From the IMG/VR virus record IMGVR_UViG_3300025606_000003, positions 1-64,000 of that record: a DNA stretch of 64,000 bases. One strand, written 5' to 3'. The notes below the pieces were generated by a model. That model was not told the origin of the DNA. It made no database searches and worked only from the letters and a program-made list of their open reading frames with translations. The position numbers and the translations under genes were made by a program. This stretch comes from a virus. Its lineage: Duplodnaviria; Caudoviricetes. Positions within the stretch are counted from its first letter, which is position 1, and every line of letters starts with the position of its first letter. Shown here one piece after another: positions 47,869 to 56,100 of the stretch.

Positions 47869-50280
47869 TTAGTTGTTAGCGACACTGGACAGGTCAACGT
47901 CGGAACCAGCCTCTTCCGGATACGGCTCGATGGTTTTCTGCTTGAGAAAGAGGATAACGTCACCGAGCATCTCAAAGGCGTTGCGTAGCGAGTCTTCCAG
48001 TTCCGGCATGTCAGACTTGCCGTAACGCTCGGCAAACTTGTCGCCGTGCCAGTAAAACATGAACAGAATGCGGCCAATCTTATCGAGACCTTTGGTCAAC
48101 TCACCCATGTACCGGTCGACCAGCGAGTCGTCGCGCACGGCGCGCAGCATGCTGCCGATCATCGCCGTATCAAACACTTCTTTCTGCCCGGACTGCGCAG
48201 CCTGCAGCACGTTGTTAATGTCATGCTTGTCAAGCTTGGTGTTGGGGTTGTAGATCTGCCGATCGGTCTTGGCAGCAGACACGCTCGGCACCGGCACGCC
48301 AACATCGATGCCCATCTGCGTAGGAATGTCCGCGCCCATGATGGTCTCGCCACCCATGATCGGGCCTGGGTCGCTCGGCGCGTTGGGCGCGTCGTTGACC
48401 ATCATCGGGGCGCCGTACGGATCGGCGTACTTCACGCGGCACTCAAATTTGCGCTTAGCGGCCGCCGCCTTGAGAATTTCGCGGGCTGCGCCTTCGCGAA
48501 GACCGTGCCGACCTACAAGCGAAATAAGCGCCTGCTTCTCCGACAGTTCTTTTTCAATTAAGCCAATATGTCCTGGCTGGTGCGAGCACATTTCAACTGC
48601 CGTACCGTTGTGATACACAGTCAGCGCCGCGGTCTTCTGCATCAGCGCCAATTGTGCGTCCACGATGTTGCCTGGCATCAGCGGCGGATCTTTGCTCTCA
48701 CCGCAGCCGCACACACCCTGATCGTCAGCGTCAGCCTCCGTTTTGTCGTCCTCGCCGGGCGCGCACTTGAGAGCTTTGAAGCTCTCCGGCACGAAGATGT
48801 CGCCCATCGAGCTGCGAAGGCTAGAGCCCTTCTTGCCGCCCAGATGAACGCGCACACCGTCGCGGTACTTGTCGTAGTTCAGTGGATCCGCGTAGCAGCA
48901 CGCCGAAATATGCCCCTTCGGCGGATACTTGGAGTAATCTTCAAGATGAACCTCGTAGCTAGTCGTACCGAATTCATCTTCGCCGAGCTCGCGCAGTACG
49001 CGCACCGGGCATGTCGCGTCGCCGTTCTTGCCAATCAGCATGGTGCGGGTGCGGCCGGTCGGAAGGCTGGTCGCGTCTTTCAGGCCGTTGAACCAGCTGT
49101 CAAACTCCTCGCCTTCGACCTGCGCAATGGCGAAAACCTGGTCGGCGCGGGTGTTCACCCAATCGGGTGTGCCCTCGGTGCGCACCACGGTGACAAAGTC
49201 CGCGCGCTTGGCGGCGCCCATCGGAAACACGGCGACATAGCAGCGCTCGATGTTGCCCGGCTTGACCAGAATGTCGTACAGACCAGAACAGGCCGGCGTG
49301 AAAAGTTTCTTCTCGACCTGAATCTGGTAGGGAATCGAGACGTTGTCGCGATCCCGCTGGTCGAGAATCAGCACGCCGTCGCGCAACAGCTTTTCCTGGT
49401 CTTCCTCGCTGTAACCGGCCGGCAGCTTTGTCTGCAGCGTGACGTCGAGCGTCACAATCTTGAGGCCGGCAACAGACGCCGGCTCTTTGGGCGCCTCCGA
49501 CAGCACACTGGCAATCTTCAGCTGCGCATCACGGGCCTTCGCCGCCGCAATCGCTTCCTTGATTACGCCCAGGCCGTGAAAGTTATCAAACGCCCTGGCG
49601 AGCGCCGGGGCGTCCTGGAACGTCTTCACGAGCATTTCGACCGTGGTCAGGCGGGCTTCCTTGAGAAACTGCGCCAGGTTGAGTTTCTGGCCCAGCTCAG
49701 CCAGCGTGGCGCCTGTGTTCAGCGTGGCGCACTTGGCCAGGGTCGGCATCACGGCCGTCATCATTTCCCGAAGCGTGGGCTTGGCCGAGCCGAACTTGGC
49801 CGGGCTGCGCGAAAGCTGTGTAAAGTCGGGCTGCCGCTGACCGAGCCCGGACAGATTCCGGTCAACGCTCGAGCCGAGAATATTTGGCTTCCGGTTGATC
49901 AGGTAATTGATCCAGTTTTCCTTGAGCGGCACGAACATGTCCTGGTTTTTGATGTACAGGAGCTCGTGACCTTTGAGGTCGCCGTTCAGGAAGAAAACAG
50001 GCGCGTACAGCCAGTTCGAGCCGACCTTGAAGGCAAAAACACCGACCGCCTTCGTGTTTTCACGGTTCCGGTCCAACAGCTGGAAGCCGACTTCATGATC
50101 CAGCAATTTCGGCGCCGAATCGCGGAGATACGCGTGCGCAAGATTGCTGAAAGCCTGCTCGAACGACGCGGAGTCGCCTTTGCCGCCAAAATCGGCCACC
50201 TTTGTCTGGGTCCGGTCGTGCGAACGGACCACAGTCAGCAGGTTCTTTAAGGACGATTCGGTATTCTTGCGGTTGTACAC
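47869..50280 (-). CDS. Large hypothetical head-module protein (~803 aa)
   Basis: Strong codon bias; GGAGGT SD before the GTG at 50280; KxA motifs at apparent domain boundaries. Confidence 0.65.
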   Translation of the reverse strand: MYNRKNTESSLKNLLTVVRSHDRTQTKVADFGGKGDSASFEQAFSNLAHAYLRDSAPKLLDHEVGFQLLDRNRENTKAVGVFAFKVGSNWLYAPVFFLNGDLKGHELLYIKNQDMFVPLKENWINYLINRKPNILGSSVDRNLSGLGQRQPDFTQLSRSPAKFGSAKPTLREMMTAVMPTLAKCATLNTGATLAELGQKLNLAQFLKEARLTTVEMLVKTFQDAPALARAFDNFHGLGVIKEAIAAAKARDAQLKIASVLSEAPKEPASVAGLKIVTLDVTLQTKLPAGYSEEDQEKLLRDGVLILDQRDRDNVSIPYQIQVEKKLFTPACSGLYDILVKPGNIERCYVAVFPMGAAKRADFVTVVRTEGTPDWVNTRADQVFAIAQVEGEEFDSWFNGLKDATSLPTGRTRTMLIGKNGDATCPVRVLRELGEDEFGTTSYEVHLEDYSKYPPKGHISACCYADPLNYDKYRDGVRVHLGGKKGSSLRSSMGDIFVPESFKALKCAPGEDDKTEADADDQGVCGCGESKDPPLMPGNIVDAQLALMQKTAALTVYHNGTAVEMCSHQPGHIGLIEKELSEKQALISLVGRHGLREGAAREILKAAAAKRKFECRVKYADPYGAPMMVNDAPNAPSDPGPIMGGETIMGADIPTQMGIDVGVPVPSVSAAKTDRQIYNPNTKLDKHDINNVLQAAQSGQKEVFDTAMIGSMLRAVRDDSLVDRYMGELTKGLDKIGRILFMFYWHGDKFAERYGKSDMPELEDSLRNAFEMLGDVILFLKQKTIEPYPEEAGSDVDLSSVANN

Positions 50281-50367
50281 AGCCACCTCCGTGCGGCGTA
50301 GCGACAAATGACACTGATAACTCAACAATTTACCGTGTCTAAGCTCTTACATCCTACCGAAATGCGA

Positions 50368-52242
50368 TTATGGGCGCCATCCGCTTGTGGCGCCCGTTAC
50401 GCCAAACTGTTCGCCGCGAGCCAGCGCCGGCACAAAACTGCTGCCAGATGTGTCGCTAACTCCGCCGTGGTGTACGCTGTCGAGCAGGCCCTTTTGCTGG
50501 TAAGACCCGAGCATCCGCGTCATCCAGTCCTGGTCGTTTGAAATGTTACTCATGCCGCGAACCATTTCCGGCTGAAACGGCGGCGGCGTCCGGTGCGCTT
50601 CGATGTTATTGATTCCGTACTTCTGCAACGTATCGGTCACATTTTTGCCGATTTTTGTTCCAACAGAATAGTGCAGCACTGGGCGCTCTAAGTAATGCCC
50701 CGCCAGACTTTTTGGCGCGCCGGTCACGCTACCCGGCCGCGGCTGCCAATTTCGTTCAACCATCGAATACGGCACGATATCGTCGGGGTTGTAATCACCG
50801 TACTCGTCGGTCATTCGCACGTGGTTTACAAGCCCGCGCGCCAGCAGCTCGATATTGCGCCGCTGCGGCGTAATTCCTGAGTTCTGCATAACCTGCCGCA
50901 TAGCTGACACAAAATAGCGGCGCCCTTCGCCAACGCCCTTGTGCCGCACTATTTCGGCCGGACTGGGCATACCGTCTGACAGCACGTCGCCGGCTTCCAG
51001 CGAATCGCCTTTCTTCACGATGACTTGCCGGTCGGCCGGCACGTAATGGTCTTGGCTGTTGACCTGCACGTAAAACCCGCCCTGGGGCGCTGGTCGGATT
51101 TCTTGTACGTGCCCGTCAAACTGCGCATGTGTCGCGCCGTCCGGATATGTTTTCGGTACCTGCACAAGCGCATTGATCGCCTTAAAACCGGCGATTGAAC
51201 CGGCGCCGCCGACGCCGCCGGAGTGCTTAGAGCTAATCTGCGCCTGCGTCACGGGCTCACCTAACGCCTGCGCGGCCGCGATACCAACGTAATCGCCGAC
51301 AGGTGGTAATTTTCCTTTTTCCCGATAACCAACGTCACGCGCAAATACGCCGCCATCATCCGGGCCGCCCACCGTCGGACTGCGCACGAGAATATCTTTC
51401 ATGCCCATTTCTTTGATGTCGCGAAGAATCTTCGGCGTCAGCATCGTGTTGCGCTTGTACGGGCCGACCGGGCGCGCTAGCAGCGCGCCCTCGTTGTCAG
51501 AGTCGTCGACATCGGTCGGAAAGCCTCGGTCAACAGCGCCAGCTGCGCGCTCTTCGTCGTCATCGTCATCAGATGTAACTAGCAGCCGGTGCGTCATCTG
51601 TGAAAGCTGCTTGCTGAAAAACCCAGCGTCGGCGGTCGCTGTTTTTAGATCCATGACACCTTTACGCGTGCCGAAGGCGCCGGCGAAATATTCAACGGGC
51701 CGGAGCCCCTGACCGTAGCCGTGCAGCACCGGAATCGGAATCGGGTCGTTCTTGTGGTCGACATACTGCATGTCGGCCCCAATCAGCGAATTCAGGCTGA
51801 ACTTGTTGCCCTTGCCAACGCCGATGACCTGGTGCGCCAACGGGTTATCAAAACCTTTTGCTTCGTCGTAAACTTCGTTGACGAGCGAGCGCTGCGTGTC
51901 GCCGGCCAGCTTTAAAATTTTCAGTGTGCGCGCTTTTTCATCCAAGCTGCTGTCTGACAGAATTCCGCGCAGCTGCTGGTTAACTCTGTGTCGCGCGTTC
52001 TGGACCGCCACGGTGGCTTTGATATCTTTGAGACCGAACGACAAGCCGTTGGTGGTATAGCTGGCTTCGCGCCCCACGTCGTGCAACCGCTTCATCACGT
52101 CGCGGTATTTCTCGGGATATTTTTCAGCCAGCGTTGTCGCGAGCTGGGCCATATCTTTTTTTGTCAGCACGCGCTCGTAGTTGCGTAAGTCTTCTGGCAA
52201 CGCGGCGTTAATGAGTACTTGGCCGAGCGTAGTTTTCAGCAT
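50368..52242 (-). CDS. rpoC: RNA polymerase beta' subunit, C-terminal part
   Basis: TTLGQVLIN; bridge helix RKGVMDLKTATADAGFFSKQL; trigger loop AAQALGEPVTQAQISSKHSGG; RRNIELLAR. Confidence 0.9.
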   Translation of the reverse strand: MLKTTLGQVLINAALPEDLRNYERVLTKKDMAQLATTLAEKYPEKYRDVMKRLHDVGREASYTTNGLSFGLKDIKATVAVQNARHRVNQQLRGILSDSSLDEKARTLKILKLAGDTQRSLVNEVYDEAKGFDNPLAHQVIGVGKGNKFSLNSLIGADMQYVDHKNDPIPIPVLHGYGQGLRPVEYFAGAFGTRKGVMDLKTATADAGFFSKQLSQMTHRLLVTSDDDDDEERAAGAVDRGFPTDVDDSDNEGALLARPVGPYKRNTMLTPKILRDIKEMGMKDILVRSPTVGGPDDGGVFARDVGYREKGKLPPVGDYVGIAAAQALGEPVTQAQISSKHSGGVGGAGSIAGFKAINALVQVPKTYPDGATHAQFDGHVQEIRPAPQGGFYVQVNSQDHYVPADRQVIVKKGDSLEAGDVLSDGMPSPAEIVRHKGVGEGRRYFVSAMRQVMQNSGITPQRRNIELLARGLVNHVRMTDEYGDYNPDDIVPYSMVERNWQPRPGSVTGAPKSLAGHYLERPVLHYSVGTKIGKNVTDTLQKYGINNIEAHRTPPPFQPEMVRGMSNISNDQDWMTRMLGSYQQKGLLDSVHHGGVSDTSGSSFVPALARGEQFGVTGATSGWRP

Positions 52243-52243
52243 G

Positions 52244-52483
52244 TTACGGCGTCCAAATCAGATTTTGCATCGGCTTTGGCTGTACTTCTGTAACTGCTAC
52301 GGTTTTGTTGACGCCCGCGGCCCGCAACAGCGCATGAAAGTCTTTTTCTCGGGCGTCGGCATACACGATCGATTCGTCAAGCTGCAGCGCTACAAAAATA
52401 GGGTTGCCCAGCGCGTCCTCGATGACGACGCTGTGCGCTGACTGTTCATGCGGCTGTAGGTTGTGCTGCAGTTTAACGCGCAC
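52244..52483 (-). CDS. Small hypothetical protein between the RNAP genes
   Basis: 79 aa with GGAG SD, coupled to its neighbours. Confidence 0.55.
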   Translation of the reverse strand: MRVKLQHNLQPHEQSAHSVVIEDALGNPIFVALQLDESIVYADAREKDFHALLRAAGVNKTVAVTEVQPKPMQNLIWTP

Positions 52484-53156
52484 GCCCCAAGCTCCTGCGC
52501 AAAACAGACAACGCCGCAGCCTTCAACTGCAGCTCAGACGGCGCATCAGGATCGGGCAGCTCGGCGGTAACTTGCTCCCACCACGCCTGCTTGCCAGCGT
52601 TCGGGTCCATTGGCATTTGACTCGGATCCTGGGGGCCACCCGGCGGCATTGGGCCGCCCGGCGGCTGCGGACCGCCAGCGGCATTCGGGTCTTGTGGGGG
52701 CGGCGGCGCCATAGGGCCACCAGGCAGCGCCGACTCGGCCGGCGGTGCGCCGTTAGAGCCTGGCGGCAGCACTAACGTAGCAGGGTCTACCTGCACGCCC
52801 ATCGCGTTCATGATCGCCGTGAGTTGCTGTTGCATGTTATACAGCCGGAAATCGATCATCTGCATCATTTGCTCGGGCTTCATCTTCTGCCCTTGCGCGG
52901 CGCCGGGCGGCGCAGCGGGCGCCGGAGCCGGCATCGGAGCGGGAGCCGGCGGCATCGCAGCAGCGCCGGCGCCGGTCGGATCTTGAGCAGCTGGCGGCGG
53001 TGCGGCACCCATAGCAGCTTGCGCCGGATCGACCGGCGGCGCAGCGCCCATTTGGGATGGATCCGGCTGCATGCCCATCATCGCAGCTTCAGACGGCACC
53101 ACAGCCGACTTTTCGAACGTGGCGCGGGCCATCTTCATCAATTCACGATTGACCAT
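52473..53156 (-). CDS. Pro/Gly/Met/Gln-rich disordered protein between the RNAP genes
   Basis: 227 aa, GGAGGT SD; KSA, KQA and KAA motifs. Confidence 0.65.
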   Translation of the reverse strand: MVNRELMKMARATFEKSAVVPSEAAMMGMQPDPSQMGAAPPVDPAQAAMGAAPPPAAQDPTGAGAAAMPPAPAPMPAPAPAAPPGAAQGQKMKPEQMMQMIDFRLYNMQQQLTAIMNAMGVQVDPATLVLPPGSNGAPPAESALPGGPMAPPPPQDPNAAGGPQPPGGPMPPGGPQDPSQMPMDPNAGKQAWWEQVTAELPDPDAPSELQLKAAALSVLRRSLGRAR

Positions 53157-53174
53157 GGACGTAAACCTCCGTGT

Positions 53175-56100
53175 TTAACTTTCGACGATGTGCACCGGGG
53201 AGTCGACGTCAAGTTCGCCCCGGCGGTAAGCGTTAATTGCGTCCTGCGTGCTGCGATATACCCTGGGCTTAGCTTTTTTATCGATGCGGCTCGAGGCAAG
53301 ATACACACCGGTCTGATAGTCCGCGTTCGGCACGTAATGCGCCTTGAAGTTGGATGTTGCAAAAAGGTTTTTGCTGGGAAGCATCTTTTCGACTGCTTCT
53401 TTTGCAGCGTCTTCTGTGCTGGGAACGTGATATTGCATCGCGTCTCCGTCAAAGTCGGCACCAAAACCTTTTGTAATGACCGGATTAACCTCCATGACCT
53501 TGTTTTTTGTAAGCTTTGGATAGAACGCCATCATACCGTATCGGTGCAGAACCGGCGCACGGTTGATAACGATAGGCCGAGACGACATCTGGGTCTCCAG
53601 CTCTGCCATCGCCTGTTTATTGCGGTCTTCGACAGCCTGCAGCGCCTGCATGCGCGGTAACCCGCGGCGCACTAGCCCGCGCACAACAAACGGCTTGTAA
53701 ACGGCCCAGGCCTTGTCTTCGGGCAGCGCGACCTCGTCCATGTTCAGGTCTGGGTTCGGCGTGATCACCGCCCGGCCCACAAGGTCAACCGTGGTGCTGA
53801 GCAACTTACGCTGCACGGTGCCGTATTTGGGCGAAGAGCCAAAAATATGGGACAAGAAGCCTTTCACGCGGCGTTCCTGGTTTTTTGGCTGCGTCGGATC
53901 GCCGAGCCCGGTCACGGCTTTCATAGTGTCGTACAGCGCCAGCCGTTCGTCGCCATAGCTTTCAAGCGCACCAGATGCCTCTTTCAAAGTGCTGTTGGCG
54001 TCCAGCAGTTCTTTGTAGAGATAGTTCGCATCGGCAACCAGGGGCAGTTTTTTATTACCCATTGTGCTGACCGGCCGGAAGAGCGGCGGCAGGACGGGCA
54101 TTTTTGTCAGCATCCAATCTTTGGGATGCACGCCGGTCTGCTCTGCGTTCTTCAAGTATCCCAACTTGCGCACCGCAGCGTCGCGCAGGGTCTTCCGGCC
54201 GGACTTGATATCTTCGCGCACCTGCTCGAGCATTTTTGGCAGGTTAATCCGAGATAGCGCGTTTTGAATCGCTTTGGGCCCAGTCTCGTCGTGGATCTTG
54301 GCTTCGCCTGCGAGCACGTTCCGGTACTCTTTTTCAGTCAGCCCAAGCACGCGACGAATAGGCTCTTCCATGACCGGATTCGGCATCGGTTCGTGCAAAG
54401 ATATCTTTGCCCACCGGTTGCCGCCGTGGCCGCCCGTAAGTTTTTCGTCGAAGAGGCCGCCAGCAATCGGCTTCAATCGGCCCTTCCAGTCGACGGTTTC
54501 AGAATTCTCGATTTCGCGACCGCCCGCCATGTCATCGACGTCTTTGTCGGTCAACGCCATGATGTGCGTCTGGCTGCCAGTGCGCACGGTGTTAATACCG
54601 GCGCCCTTCAGCTGGTTAACGAACTTTTCGTAGACGTGTGGCACCTTGGGCAACGGCGGAGTGTATCCGGCCATAAATTGCGACCAGTACTCTGGGTTTG
54701 CTTGGCCGCGCACCATCTTGGCGTCCCGGATTACTTTTCCAGCGCCGTGCGACAGTAACGCGCCAAGATCCAACATTCCGACGCGTTTAGCACCTTCGCT
54801 GCCGCCCTTGGCCGGAGTGCCTTCGGCTGTGTAACTACCCATCGCGCGGCCTTGCCCTTTGCCTTCGGCCGTGTGGTGCAGCTTCATAAAGAACCGGGAA
54901 CCGGTCAGCACGCCTTTGATCTTACGACCGGTTTCCGGATCAACTACGTCCTCGGTATCAGAGAGGCCGTGCTTCCCAAGCTCTTTTTGAGCGAAATCAA
55001 CAAGATCAACACTGCCGTCAAAGTCTTTGAGTTTGAACGGCTGACCCGTTTTGGCTGCAACTTTTCCAAGCGCGGCCTCGATCACCTGCGCGGGATTCAC
55101 GCGGCTGATAAGTCCAAGCGGGCTGACCAGCACTTCATACGGACTGCCGTCTTTATCGTGCGGCATCTGATGGTCAGGCACAATATCGGCAACAACGCCT
55201 TTGTCGCCGTATCGCCCGGTCAGCTTATCGCCAACCTGCATTTCCGCCTGTGTTTTTACGACGACCTGCACACCCTTGTTGGTATGCGCAACGTCGGTCA
55301 CGATACCGGGCGAATGATGATCCCAGGTTTCCGACTCGTTTGAGAAGTTGCCGGCACGCCCGCGGTGCACTTTGCCGTACGTTGTTTCTTTGGCCTTGGC
55401 GTGCAGGATTAGCGGATCACCGAACTGCACAACGGCGCCCTTCTTGATCGCGCCTTTGTCGTCAAAGTTATCAAGCTGCTTTTTGTCGTACTCGCCGGGA
55501 AACAACGCAATAAATGCTTTCTTGCCAGCGTGGCTCGAGTCTGTCCATTCGGCGGCATGCTGATACATGTGCTCGCTGGTCAGCTTGCGCGCTGTGCTTT
55601 GACTGATCACAACCGCGTCTTCGTAGTTCTTGCCGTGATACGGCAAATACGCCACGCGCAAATTTTTACCCAGCGCTGCAGAACCGGCCGGATCTGTAAA
55701 GTTTGAGTGCGCCAGCAGCTGCCCCGGTTGAATAACGTCGCCAGGCTGCACCGTCGGTGTTTGATGCCAAAACGTTTTCCGATTGAACGGGTGCTCGTTA
55801 TACAGATCAATATCGTGTTTGTTGCCGTCGCGATCGCGCAGCACCATTTTGCCAGGTTCAGTTGAAACAACTTGCCCGTGAAATTGCGCGCGTACAGCGC
55901 CCAGCTGCTCGCCCATTTCATCTTCGTGCGACGTGCCGTCTTTGCCGATAATAGCTGACTGCACGTGTGGCGCTTCAGGTCCAACCAGCGGCAGCGCTTG
56001 CGTGAACATGCGGCTCGCCATGATCACGCGGTGGCCCTTCATGTAAGACTTCATCGGCACCATGTTAGACAGCGCCGAAAACGTGTTGTCCATGTGCGGC

